From the NCBI GenBank assembly GCA_964588985.1, contig CAZPQW010000009.1:60459-124458 (forward strand): a stretch of 64,000 nt of DNA, in the 5' to 3' direction. This document shows positions 30,516-40,192 of this stretch, piece after piece. The notes under the pieces were generated by a model. That model was not told the DNA's origin. It saw nothing but the letters and a program-made list of their open reading frames with translations, and ran no database searches. Source of the stretch: an uncultured Solirubrobacteraceae bacterium (GTDB taxonomy: Bacteria > Actinomycetota > Thermoleophilia > Solirubrobacterales > Solirubrobacteraceae). How positions within the stretch are numbered: position 1 is the stretch's first letter; each line of letters starts with the position of its first letter. A program made the translations under genes and the position numbers.

Positions 30516-31664
30516 GTGCTCTCCGGATCAGAGTTGTGGCTGCTGCGCCTGATGGCCGATCGCGGGCTCGCGCTGCTCGACGCGAGCACGCTGCTGGTGG
30601 TGATCGAGGAGCGCGGCGAGCTGCGCGTGGCGGCCGCCAGCGGGGCCGGGACGCCCCGCCTGCGGATCATGCCCGTGGAGGGCAGTGCGCTCGGAGCGGT
30701 CTACCAGGCGGGCAAGCCGGTGGCGCTCGAGCGACCGCGCGGCCAGGAGGCGGCGTGGCTGCACGAACTGGGGTTGGAGGCGCGCGCGGTGCTGATCGAG
30801 CCGCTGAGCATGGAGGGCCAGGGCGGAGGCCTGATCGTCGCGCTGCGCAGCGACGGCAGCTTCCGTGGACCGGACCGCGACGCGTTGAGCGCGTTCGCTT
30901 CGAGCGTCTCACAGCGCCTCGCCGCGGAGCGCTCGGTGGAGATCGAACGGCTGCGCTACGGCATGGAGGCGCGCGAGCGCGAGCGCACCCGCTGGGCGCG
31001 TGAGATCCACGACGAGAGCATCCAGGGCATCGGCGCGCTGCGGCTGCAGCTGGCGAACGCGCGCGACCTGGACGACAAGCAGGCGCTCAGCGAGGCGGTC
31101 GCGACGGTGCTCGAGGGCCTCGGCACGGAGATCGACCAGCTGCGCCACCTGATCACCGAGCTTCGCCCCGCGGCGCTCGACGATCTCGGCCTCGCCGCCG
31201 CGCTGGAGGCGCTCGCGAGGCGCGCACAGGCGATCGACGGGCTGGAAGTGAAGACGGAGATCGCGCTGGGCGCGAACGGCGCGACGGCCGCTGGAGGCGA
31301 TCTCGAGGAGATGCGCCGCCTGGACGCGGAGCTCGAGAGCACCGTCTACCGGATCGTCCAGGAGGCGCTCACGAACGTCAGCCGCCACGCGCAGGCGACG
31401 AGCGCGGTGGTGAGCGTGGTCGAGCGCGACGGGGTGCTGCGAGCGTCGGTGACCGACGACGGGCAGGGCATGCCCGACTCGAGCCGCCTCGGGCCCCGCG
31501 GCGACGGGCTGGAGGGCGGCTTCGGGATGGGCGGTATGCGCGAGCGCGCCGAGCTGGTGGGCGGAGAGCTCGAGTTCATGCCGGCGCCCGGCAAAGGCAC
31601 CACGGTCCGTCTGACGGTGCCGCTCGCCGGCCGTCCCAGCGCGGCGCACCAGCTGCTTTTCTAA
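30516..31664 (+). CDS. GAF + HisKA_3 sensor histidine kinase
   Basis: ERTRWAREIHDE H-box, QEALTNV..HA, DDGQG, GFGMGGMRER. Confidence 0.92.
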   Translation: MLSGSELWLLRLMADRGLALLDASTLLVVIEERGELRVAAASGAGTPRLRIMPVEGSALGAVYQAGKPVALERPRGQEAAWLHELGLEARAVLIEPLSMEGQGGGLIVALRSDGSFRGPDRDALSAFASSVSQRLAAERSVEIERLRYGMEARERERTRWAREIHDESIQGIGALRLQLANARDLDDKQALSEAVATVLEGLGTEIDQLRHLITELRPAALDDLGLAAALEALARRAQAIDGLEVKTEIALGANGATAAGGDLEEMRRLDAELESTVYRIVQEALTNVSRHAQATSAVVSVVERDGVLRASVTDDGQGMPDSSRLGPRGDGLEGGFGMGGMRERAELVGGELEFMPAPGKGTTVRLTVPLAGRPSAAHQLLF

Positions 31665-32683
31665 GCGGGCTTCTCGCCCTCGGGCTCGTCGTCGTCGCTG
31701 CCGGAGCCGTCGCCACGAAGCCATCCGGCGAGCTGCTGCCCGACGGAGTTGACCGACTCGCCGGCGTCGCGGAACGCGTCGCGGACCCGCTCGGCGTAGA
31801 ACGACACCGCCTCGCCGCCGTCGGCGCGCGGGTCGACTGGATCGTCGCGGCGCGTGTACTCGCCGGAGCCGACGATGCGGTCGTACTCGCCCGAGCGCAC
31901 CCACTCCATCAGCTCGTGCGTGCGCTTGACCGGCAGCGGGTGGGTGACACCGAGGTCGAGCATCAGCCGGGTGAGGCGCTCCAGGCCTCCGCCGCTCTCT
32001 TTGTAGTCGAGCCCCTGCCGCATGAACACGTCGAGGTCCAGCTCGTCGACCATTGTGCCCGCGGCGAGCGACATCAGCGTTCGGCACACGACGAGCGGGT
32101 CGCGCGTGACGAGCGCCGCGGCGCGGTCGGCGCTCAGCTCGGTGGCGCGCCCCCACTCCATCAGCGCGGTGCGGACGGGGGCGAGTGGCAGCGGCAGCCG
32201 CGCGGTACGCGTGAGCATCGTGAGGATGAACATCGCCGTGCGGTAGAGCTGGTGGTCGGCGAGGATGTGCGCGGCCTCGTGGGCGAACACCGCGCGGCGC
32301 TGGCGGGCATCGAGCAGCGCGACGAGCTCGGACTGCACCACCACGATCGGCTTCGCCGCGCCGATCGCCATCGCGTTGGGCGAGGGGAACTGCGTGAGAT
32401 ACAGGTCGGGCACCTCGCTCATGTCGAGCGTGGTGTAGGCGATCGAGTGCTCGCGCCACACATCACCGAGCTGGTCTTCGCCGAGGCGCACCGCCGAGCC
32501 GAGGTAGCTCTGGCGCAGCGCGCGCTCATAGCCCAGCTCGATCAGCTTCCTGACGACGGTGTCGAGGTAGGGAATCGATCCGAGCGCGGCGGTGGCGGCG
32601 CGGTCGGCGGGGTGCTGGAAGGCCCGCGCGGAGATCCCCTTCAGCTGGTGTCCCTCAACTGGCAGGATCGACTCGGGCGCCAT
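31661..32683 (-). CDS. M48 family zinc metallopeptidase
   Basis: HEAAH, ELSADRA, THP motifs. Confidence 0.9.
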   Translation of the reverse strand: MAPESILPVEGHQLKGISARAFQHPADRAATAALGSIPYLDTVVRKLIELGYERALRQSYLGSAVRLGEDQLGDVWREHSIAYTTLDMSEVPDLYLTQFPSPNAMAIGAAKPIVVVQSELVALLDARQRRAVFAHEAAHILADHQLYRTAMFILTMLTRTARLPLPLAPVRTALMEWGRATELSADRAAALVTRDPLVVCRTLMSLAAGTMVDELDLDVFMRQGLDYKESGGGLERLTRLMLDLGVTHPLPVKRTHELMEWVRSGEYDRIVGSGEYTRRDDPVDPRADGGEAVSFYAERVRDAFRDAGESVNSVGQQLAGWLRGDGSGSDDDEPEGEKPA

Positions 32684-32758
32684 CTACCTAGCGTACCCTC
32701 ACGGGCGGGGGTCCGGGGACGGGCGCGCGCGAACCGCGTTGAGGTCCCGTCGGACTGT

Positions 32759-33505
32759 TCAGCTGCCCTTGATGAACTTGCGCCAGTGCGCGAGGCTTTT
32801 GCCGGCCGCCTCCAGCGCGAGCACATCATCGCGGAAGCCCGTGATCGACTCGTCGTAGAGGCGGTCGAGCTTTCCGAAGTTGTCGGCGTCGGCCACCCAT
32901 CGGCCGTTCTTTTCAACCTCCGCACGAACCTGTGTCGCGAACTGACTTCTCGGCGTACCGGGAGGATTCGTCGGCTGCACGACGCGGTGCTTCGCGTCGA
33001 TCGCCTCCCACCTGGCGTCGCGCTCGCGCGCCAAGCGTTGGGCGTCGTCTACGTAGAGCCGCATGAGCTTTGGCGATCCCGCAACAACACTGTCCAGCAT
33101 CCAAGCGACTATCACGACCAACGTTCCGGGGCTGATGACGGACTCAGCGGTATGAAAGCGCGCGGTCAAGGGGTCAGCCGACAGGATGTACCAACTCTTG
33201 GCCTCAATCTCGAAAATGAAGTTCTCGGGCTTCTGGCGCTCGACCAGCAGAATGTCCGGGAAGCCGATCGGATACTTCCTGAACTCGTAGGCTCCGAGAC
33301 TCCCGTTCTCATCCCAGGTCGTGGACCGGACCCGGTTGAGCAGCTCCGGAATGCGGTCCTCGACAACGCCGCTGACAAGGGACGCCGCTTTCGAGATGTC
33401 CTTTAGATCGCTTGGAAGCGGGAGCCGCAGGTCATCGATGACCGTCGCCTCTAGCGCGAGCACCGCCTCGCGAATGGTCTCGGGATCGACTTTGGGAACC
33501 GCCAT
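32759..33505 (-). CDS. Putative type II restriction endonuclease (PD-(D/E)xK)
   Basis: FPDILL...FEIEAKSW catalytic pattern; directly downstream of a DNA methyltransferase. Confidence 0.65.
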   Translation of the reverse strand: MAVPKVDPETIREAVLALEATVIDDLRLPLPSDLKDISKAASLVSGVVEDRIPELLNRVRSTTWDENGSLGAYEFRKYPIGFPDILLVERQKPENFIFEIEAKSWYILSADPLTARFHTAESVISPGTLVVIVAWMLDSVVAGSPKLMRLYVDDAQRLARERDARWEAIDAKHRVVQPTNPPGTPRSQFATQVRAEVEKNGRWVADADNFGKLDRLYDESITGFRDDVLALEAAGKSLAHWRKFIKGS

Positions 33506-33537
33506 CGGCTCCTGAGGCTAACGCAGGGTCGCCGTCG

Positions 33538-34554
33538 TTAGGCAGCGGCCACACTGCGAAGCCGGTCGGCCGCGACCTCGAAGAATGCCGGATTGAGCTC
33601 CGCACCATAGCCACGACGCTCATCGAGCAGTGACGCAACCAGGCCAGTGGCCGTCCCGGCAAACGGCTCCCAGACACAATCGCCCGCGTCGGTTGTCCAC
33701 GCGATCGTCTGCCGCACCAGCGCCAGCGGCTTCTGGTTCATATGCGCCGATTTGCCGTTGACCTTAATGCGCTCGGCACCGCGAACCGCGCCGTGGTGCC
33801 ACACGTTGTGCACATCAGCCGGACAGTGGAACGTCGGGCGTAGAGCGTCCCACTCGTCGGCAGTCATTGACCTCTCGCCATCCAGGCTGAAATACGGCCG
33901 CCCATCGGGATCGCCGTGCGCGTTGGCGTAGTCCGCAAGCCGCACCAAGAACTCACCCGACGGTGCATACCATAGGTGGCACTCGGTGAACCACTTCCGG
34001 GTAGCCGCGTTCTTCACACCCGCAGCCGCGTTCGTAAGCGTCAGGGGCAGACCGGATCTGCGCCACTCGGCGCGAAGCCACTGCTTCATCGGTAGATGCT
34101 CGTTAGCGCCTCCCGCAACCGGGAGCATGACCTTGCGCACGTACTGGACACAGACCTCCGTGACTGTCGGGAGCTGCCGCAGCTTCTGCGAGTTCGTATT
34201 CCCGGCGATGTGAGACGCACCCTTGTCCCAGATGCAGGCCCGAACGTACTGCCAGCCCTGGGCCTCTAGAAGCGGATGAACTGTCGCCCAGCCGACCTCG
34301 CTACACCAAAACCAGAGCGTCGTGGATGGGTGTGCGTGCCGCCCCCATGCTTCCACGTGCGGCTGGTAGAACCTGACGAGGGTCGACACGTCGGGCGGGT
34401 CTCCGGGGAACGACCTCAACCCGTACGGTCCGTCCGAGATGATGGCCTTAGGCGTGGGCCAGCGGTCGTAGTGCCCCAGCGCATCTCCCAAGCACAGCGT
34501 GGTGCCCGCAACGCTCACAGGCTTGACCTTGCCTGTTGCTGTTCGCGCGCTCAT
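33538..34554 (-). CDS. Site-specific DNA methyltransferase (N4-C/N6-A, beta-class order)
   Basis: N-terminal IISDGPYG (DPPY variant), HMNQKPL, EPFAGTAT SAM motif; start ATG 34554. Confidence 0.88.
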   Translation of the reverse strand: MSARTATGKVKPVSVAGTTLCLGDALGHYDRWPTPKAIISDGPYGLRSFPGDPPDVSTLVRFYQPHVEAWGRHAHPSTTLWFWCSEVGWATVHPLLEAQGWQYVRACIWDKGASHIAGNTNSQKLRQLPTVTEVCVQYVRKVMLPVAGGANEHLPMKQWLRAEWRRSGLPLTLTNAAAGVKNAATRKWFTECHLWYAPSGEFLVRLADYANAHGDPDGRPYFSLDGERSMTADEWDALRPTFHCPADVHNVWHHGAVRGAERIKVNGKSAHMNQKPLALVRQTIAWTTDAGDCVWEPFAGTATGLVASLLDERRGYGAELNPAFFEVAADRLRSVAAA

Positions 34555-34694
34555 GAGGTATCGACAATAGATGGATAAACGGACGGAGTTAGGCCCATAT
34601 CCAGCTCCAGCAGGGACGGCGAGAGTATGTCGCCACGCGCTTCGGTGCGCGGACTGGCCGACGGCTTCTGAGCGGGGCGAGTCAGGGGCGAGAG

Positions 34695-35351
34695 TCAGTC
34701 GGCGAGGCCGACGCGGCGCACGTACGCGGTGATCTCGGCGCGCGAGGAGAAGCCGAGCTTCTCGATGGCTCGGGCGCGGTAGGTCTTGACGGTGCGCTCG
34801 GCGACGTTGAGCTGCTCGGCGATCTCGGGGTTGGTGTAGCCGTTGGCGATCAGCCGCACGACCTCGCGCTCGCGCTCTGAGAGCGCGACGCCGTCGGTGG
34901 CGCCGTCCTCGCCGGTGGCCATGAGCGCGCCGAGGCGCGGGTGCAGGTAGTTGCCGCCGGCGACCGCGAGGCGGAACGCCTGCAGCAGCTCGGCGGGCTC
35001 GGCCTCCTTGAGCACGTAGCTGCGTGCGCCCGCGCGCAGCGCCTGGCGCGCGTACTCGGGGTCCTCGCGCATCGTGAGGATCGCGACCGCGAGCGACGGG
35101 TGCGCGATGAAGCAGGACGGCAGCGCCCCGAGGCTCGAGCCTCCGGGCATGGTGAGGTCGAGCGTGAGCAGGTCCGGCTTGTGCTCGCGCACTTCGCGCA
35201 CGACCGACGGGATGTCGGCGGCTTCGGCGACGACGCGGAACTCGCCGGCCTCGCGTTCGAGCACCGCGCGGATGCCGTCGCGGACGACTGTATGGTCGTC
35301 GGCGATGATCACGTCGATCGGTCTGGTTACCCCTGGAGTGCCGTCTTCCAT
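34695..35351 (-). CDS. NarL/LuxR-family response regulator
   Basis: IADDH, LDLTMP, YVLK receiver domain plus LuxR HTH. Confidence 0.95.
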   Translation of the reverse strand: MEDGTPGVTRPIDVIIADDHTVVRDGIRAVLEREAGEFRVVAEAADIPSVVREVREHKPDLLTLDLTMPGGSSLGALPSCFIAHPSLAVAILTMREDPEYARQALRAGARSYVLKEAEPAELLQAFRLAVAGGNYLHPRLGALMATGEDGATDGVALSEREREVVRLIANGYTNPEIAEQLNVAERTVKTYRARAIEKLGFSSRAEITAYVRRVGLAD

Positions 35352-35477
35352 CAGGCGGACACCGTAGCGGCTTGACAGGACCGATCGCTAGGGCTGCAAG
35401 GGACGACACGACCCTGCCCCTTTGGGACGACATGATCGGCACCATAAGCCCTACAGACAAACTGCCTAAGAGGACGG

Positions 35478-35831
35478 ATGATCTCCTGCGTGCGTAGCGA
35501 CGTCGACACCGGTTCCAGCAAGCCATCGCGCCGCGAGCGGCCCGCGCTGCGTGTCGTGGGCGTGACCTCGCGGGTGGTGATCGCGGACTCCGACGCCGCG
35601 CGCCGGGCCGGTCTGCTCGACGATCTGACGCAGACGATGCCAGAGACGACGATCTTCCTGGAGGCGGCGACGGTGACCGAGCTGCTCGAGCATGCACGGG
35701 GCAGCCGCATGGTGATCCTCGGAGGAGCGCTCGAGCGTGTCCCCGTGAGCTCCCTGATCCGGATCCTCGCGCAGCGCCATCCGGAGCTGCACGTGGTCAA
35801 CTTGGAGACACCGGGCCAGCCGGAAAGGTGA
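35478..35831 (+). CDS. Hypothetical receiver-like single-domain protein
   Basis: RVVIADSD...LAQRHPELHVV resembles a degenerate REC fold. Confidence 0.55.
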   Translation: MISCVRSDVDTGSSKPSRRERPALRVVGVTSRVVIADSDAARRAGLLDDLTQTMPETTIFLEAATVTELLEHARGSRMVILGGALERVPVSSLIRILAQRHPELHVVNLETPGQPER

Positions 35832-35881
35832 TGTTTTCAGCCGCGCGCAGTCGTGTCACTGCAAGCGGCTAGCTTGTCCGC

Positions 35882-37162
35882 GTGCGTTCAGCGCTCCAAT
35901 CGCCTCAGCTGCGCCGCATCGTCGGCGCGTACACGATCAACCGTCTGGGCACCTGGTTTGGCCTCGTGGCGCTCGCGCTCGCGGTGTTCGACCACACCCA
36001 CAGCGCGATCGCGGTCGCGGGCCTGTTCCTCGCGGCCCAGGTGCTGCCGGCGTTCGCGGTCCCGGCGGTGGTCGCGCGCGTCGAAGCCTCACCCCATCGT
36101 GGGGAGCTCAGCGGGCTGTACTTCTTCGAGGCGACGGCCACGGTCGCCCTCGCGGTGCTGCTGTGGCACTTCTGGCTTCCCGCGGTGCTGCTGCTGGTTG
36201 CGCTCGACGGGACGGCGGCGCTCGCGGCGAGCGCGCTGCTGAGAGCGGAGCTGGCACGGGCCGCACGCGCGGATGCGACCGGCGAGGAGGACGGGGTGCC
36301 GGGTCGCGAGGAGGAGGCGCACGAGGCCGAACGCAAGGCAAACGCGGTGCTGAACGTGGCGTTCTCGGCCACGTTCATGCTCGGCCCGGCCCTCGCCGGG
36401 GCGGTGGTGGCGAAGACCGGAGCCTCCACCGCGCTGTTCGTGGACGCGGCTTCGTTCCTTGCCTGCGGGGCGCTGCTGATCAATCTGCGCCCGCACGTGG
36501 AGGAGGCAGCAGGCCATTCCGTGCGCGCCCGTCTGGGCGCGGCGAGGCGTTACATCGAAGAGGTGCCTGCGCTGCGCAGGCTGCTGCTGACGGAGGCGAT
36601 AGCGCTGGTGTTCTTCGAGTCCGCGGCGCCGATCGAGGTCGCCTACGCGAAGGCCACCCTGCACGCGGGCAGCTCCGGCTACGGGCTGCTGATGGCCAGC
36701 TGGGGCGTGGGCGTGGTGTTCGGCAGCCTGGTGTTCGCGCGCTCGGTGCGCCGGCCGCTGGGGGCGATGCTGAGCGGCGGCGCGCTGGCCGTGGGGCTCG
36801 CGTACGTCGGTTTCGCCGCGGCTCCCTCCCTGGCGGTTGCGTGCCTCGCGGCTCTCCTCGGCGGCGCCGGTCAGGGCGTGCAATGGGCGTCGCTGATCAG
36901 CGCGGTGCAGCGGCTCACACGACCCGATCTGCAGGGTCGGATCATGGGCGCGGTCGAATCGATCGGCGCGCTCGCGCCCGCGATCGGCCTGTCGCTCGGC
37001 GGCGCGGCGGTCGCGTTGAGCTCTCCGCGGCTGACGTTCCTGATCGCGGGAATCGGCGCGTGCGCGACGACGGCGGCGTTCATGCGACTCTCGATCGGCG
37101 CTCCCGCGACGATCGCCGTCGACGAGCAGCCGGCCGAGACCGAGATCCACCCGGCCGCGTAG
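35882..37162 (+). CDS. MFS transporter
   Basis: About 12 hydrophobic segments, LQGRIMG motif. Confidence 0.9.
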   Translation: MRSALQSPQLRRIVGAYTINRLGTWFGLVALALAVFDHTHSAIAVAGLFLAAQVLPAFAVPAVVARVEASPHRGELSGLYFFEATATVALAVLLWHFWLPAVLLLVALDGTAALAASALLRAELARAARADATGEEDGVPGREEEAHEAERKANAVLNVAFSATFMLGPALAGAVVAKTGASTALFVDAASFLACGALLINLRPHVEEAAGHSVRARLGAARRYIEEVPALRRLLLTEAIALVFFESAAPIEVAYAKATLHAGSSGYGLLMASWGVGVVFGSLVFARSVRRPLGAMLSGGALAVGLAYVGFAAAPSLAVACLAALLGGAGQGVQWASLISAVQRLTRPDLQGRIMGAVESIGALAPAIGLSLGGAAVALSSPRLTFLIAGIGACATTAAFMRLSIGAPATIAVDEQPAETEIHPAA

Positions 37163-37222
37163 CCTGCGGCCCCGGCGCGGCGCGGCCTCGTAGGCAGTCC
37201 GCGTACATAGGCGCCCGACACC

Positions 37223-37250
37223 TTTAGGACCACGTGGGATCGGTCGTTAA
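37223..37250 (+). promoter_or_regulatory. Possible sigma28/WhiG-type promoter
   Basis: TTTA-N16-GTCGTTAA upstream of the HD-GYP gene. Confidence 0.35.
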
Positions 37251-37268
37251 GCACTACGGACCCTTCCC

Positions 37269-38660
37269 ATGTTTACGCCACGACTAACGAGACGCCTGTA
37301 TTGGGGCGCCGAGGCGCTGCTGTTCTTCGCGACGATCGGCGCTCTGCTCTTGCTGGCCCGGCCCGACGAATGGGAACCGACGCAGCTCGCGGGCCTGCTG
37401 CTGGTGCTGACGCTGATTGGCGAGCGCCTCGACCTGGAGATCCGCGGCCAGCGCCTGACGGCGTCGTTCATCCCGCTCGTGCTGGCGATGAGCCTGCTCG
37501 GGCCGACGCCGGCGGTGGCGTTCGGGCTCGCGGCGATGATCGTGCAGTCGATCTCGCGCCGCCGCTCGCCGTCGGTGTGGCTGTGCAACGTGACAGCCTT
37601 CGCGATATTTCCGCTGGCGGGCGGGCTGCTGGTGCGCGCGGTGGTCGGCGACGTTCACACGCCCGCGAACGAACACCTCACGCAGAGCGTGTCCTTCGGC
37701 CTGCTGGTGTTCGCGGTGTTCATGGTCACGAACGCCCTCAACTTCGCCTGGATCGCGCTGGACAACCGCATCGTCGACGGCCAGGGGAGCATGATCGCGC
37801 AGGCGCGGATCCTGTTCGTGCCGATGCTGTCGGGACAGATCGCATCCGGCGGGCTCGCGGCGGCGCTGGCCGTGGCATACACGAACCTGGGCTTCCCGGC
37901 GCTGTTCGGAGCGGTGCTGGTGCTGGTGATCTTCCAGTACCTGATGCGCGCGCTGCTGCGCTCGGAGGATCGCGCAGACCAGCTGGAAGCGCGCTCGATG
38001 CACCTCGCGTCGCTGCAGTTGGGCGTGCTGACCACGCTGGTGGAGACGCTCGCGCTGCGCGACCGCACGACCGCCCGTCATGCGGCGGCGGTCGCTCGCT
38101 ATGCCCGCGAACTGGCGCGTGCGATCGGGCTCAGCGACGCGGAGCAGGAACTCGTGCACACGGCCGGCCTGCTGCACGACATCGGCAAGTTCGCGCTGCC
38201 CGACCACATCCTGCGCGCGGAGGTGCTCTCGAACGACGACTGGGCGGTGATCCGCCGCCACCCCCAGGACGGCGCGACGCTCGTGGGCCGTCTCGACGGC
38301 TACGGGCCTGTGGCGGACGCGATCCTCTACCACCACGAGCACATCGACGGCAGCGGCTACCCGGCGGGGCTGATCGGCAGCGAGATCCCGCTCGCCTCGC
38401 GGATCCTCGCGATCTGCTCCACATACGACACGCTGACGGCGCGCGAAACGTACCGCTCTCCGATGACTCCGCAGGACGCGATCGCGGAGATGCGACGCGT
38501 ATCGGGCCGCCAGCTGGACGGAGATCTCGTCGAGAGCTTCATCGCGATGCTCGAGACCGACGGGCCGGTCACGTCCGTGCTCGGAGACGAGGCGGACTTC
38601 CAGGAGGAGCTCGCCTTCGGCAGGCGCGCCGGCAAGATCGCGCAGCCGCCGCTCGGCTGA
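37269..38660 (+). CDS. Membrane-anchored HD-GYP phosphodiesterase
   Basis: N-terminal TM helices; LLHDIGK, HHEHIDGSGYP, IPLASRI. Confidence 0.9.
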   Translation: MFTPRLTRRLYWGAEALLFFATIGALLLLARPDEWEPTQLAGLLLVLTLIGERLDLEIRGQRLTASFIPLVLAMSLLGPTPAVAFGLAAMIVQSISRRRSPSVWLCNVTAFAIFPLAGGLLVRAVVGDVHTPANEHLTQSVSFGLLVFAVFMVTNALNFAWIALDNRIVDGQGSMIAQARILFVPMLSGQIASGGLAAALAVAYTNLGFPALFGAVLVLVIFQYLMRALLRSEDRADQLEARSMHLASLQLGVLTTLVETLALRDRTTARHAAAVARYARELARAIGLSDAEQELVHTAGLLHDIGKFALPDHILRAEVLSNDDWAVIRRHPQDGATLVGRLDGYGPVADAILYHHEHIDGSGYPAGLIGSEIPLASRILAICSTYDTLTARETYRSPMTPQDAIAEMRRVSGRQLDGDLVESFIAMLETDGPVTSVLGDEADFQEELAFGRRAGKIAQPPLG

Positions 38661-38680
38661 GCGGGGCTCAAGCGCGGACT

Positions 38681-38708
38681 TAAAGCACTAGAGGACGCCC
38701 CTCGATAA
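38681..38708 (+). promoter_or_regulatory. Possible sigma28/WhiG-type promoter
   Basis: TAAA-N16-CTCGATAA. Confidence 0.4.
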
Positions 38709-39081
38709 GCCGTTGGCCTGTCGACAAGACGTCCTCTATCAGGCTCTTAGCCTGTTGAAAAAGCTACTTGCTCCAACCCATAACCATTCTCCTTCGCTTG
38801 AGTCCCTGGGGCTCTGTTTGCGAGGTCTTCTGACTCTGTCTCGATCTCTGCACAGCGCCTACGTTTGAGTAGGTTCACGTACTTTACTCGACTTTTGGAC
38901 CTTTTGTCCAGCTTTGCGCAGGGTTGTGCACGAATGCTTGCACGGTCTATTCGGCCGTGCAGCCTGGAATCACAGGGGAAGGCGCTAGCGCCTGGGCCTG
39001 AAGGCCCAAGTCAAAAACACCCAAACGTCCACAAAGGTGGACGGCGCTCAAGTTCTGGGCGTTTTTGGGCGAAACATCCCC

Positions 39082-39345
39082 ATGTCCACCCCCCTCTCAG
39101 CCACCGTCGCCCCCAACGAGCGCCAGCTCGTGTTCACGAGCTCCCAGGCGGCTCGCTACCTGGGCGTGTCGCTGGCGACGATCCGTCGTTGGACGGACGC
39201 CGGCCACATCAGCTGCTACCGGACACCGGGCGGGCAGCGGCGTTTCTCACGTGCGCAGCTCGACGAGTTCATCTCCTCGATGCAGCACGACAGCCCCACG
39301 GCTCACCACACGAGCGTCGGGCAGCCGAGCGCCCGCGTCGCCTGA
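39082..39345 (+). CDS. BldC/excisionase-like MerR-type HTH protein
   Basis: SSQAARYLGVSLATIRRWTDAG...RTPGGQRRF. Confidence 0.88.
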   Translation: MSTPLSATVAPNERQLVFTSSQAARYLGVSLATIRRWTDAGHISCYRTPGGQRRFSRAQLDEFISSMQHDSPTAHHTSVGQPSARVA

Positions 39346-39346
39346 G

Positions 39347-40192
39347 TCAGCTGGCCAGACGCCCGAACTTCTCGCGCAGGCGTTTGTAGAAGGACGACCC
39401 GGGCAGCTGCGCGAGCGTGCCGATGTCGTGCGCGAAGTGCGCGTGGATCGACGCTCCGGCCGCGATCTCGCCCACGGGGCGACCGTCGACGGCGATGTCG
39501 AGCGGCTCGCGCGAGCGGTTGTGGATCGTGAGGCGGTCGTCTGGCGCGACCACCAGCGCGCGGGCTGTCATCGAGTGCGGCGCGATGAACGACACCACGA
39601 ACCCCTCCACCCCCCACGCCATCACTGGCCCGCCGTTGGCGAGGTTGTAGCCGGTCGAACCGGCCGGCGTGGCGACGACGAGGCCGTCGCAGCGCACGCT
39701 GCCGGCTTCCTCGCCGTCGAGCGCGTAGGCGAGCTCGGCGACGCGCTCGCCTACCTTGCGATGGATGGCGACGTCGTTGATCGCCAAGTGCGTGGCCCCG
39801 TCCAGCTCGAGACCGATCGCGGGCAGGCGCAGCAGCTCGAAGTCGCCGGCGAGGGCGCGACGGAAGCCGTCGCGGATGTCCTGAGGCTCGACGGTCGCGA
39901 GGAAGCCGATCTCGCCGAAGTTGATCGCGAACACGGGCACGCCGCTGCCGGCGTAGTGCTGCAGCGCGCGCAGGATCGTGCCGTCGCCGCCGAGCACCAC
40001 GCACAGCTCCACGTCCTGGTCGACGTCGGCGTCCACCTCGACGCCCGGACGGGCGAGGATTCCGTGCTTGCGCGTCTCCTCCTCGTCGAGGCGCAGCGTC
40101 ACTCCGGCCTCGCCCGCGTAGTCCATCAGCTGCGCGAGAGCATCGGCGACGTCGTCGGGACGACGGTGGGTGAAGACGGTGATCTGTCTCAC
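39347..40192 (-). CDS. nadK: NAD kinase
   Basis: GGDGTIL, AIND, DGLVVATPAGSTGYNL. Confidence 0.95.
   Translation of the reverse strand: MRQITVFTHRRPDDVADALAQLMDYAGEAGVTLRLDEEETRKHGILARPGVEVDADVDQDVELCVVLGGDGTILRALQHYAGSGVPVFAINFGEIGFLATVEPQDIRDGFRRALAGDFELLRLPAIGLELDGATHLAINDVAIHRKVGERVAELAYALDGEEAGSVRCDGLVVATPAGSTGYNLANGGPVMAWGVEGFVVSFIAPHSMTARALVVAPDDRLTIHNRSREPLDIAVDGRPVGEIAAGASIHAHFAHDIGTLAQLPGSSFYKRLREKFGRLAS

Noticed and set aside
38689-38738. 9-bp inverted repeat TAGAGGACG/CGTCCTCTA as an invertible promoter switch
   Set aside because: Repeats are short and only 32 nt apart, with no dedicated invertase; more likely a hairpin or chance
38756-38869. Short TTG-started ORF (MKKLLAPTHN...) after the sigma28-like motif
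   Set aside because: No RBS, non-host codon usage and no recognisable peptide features
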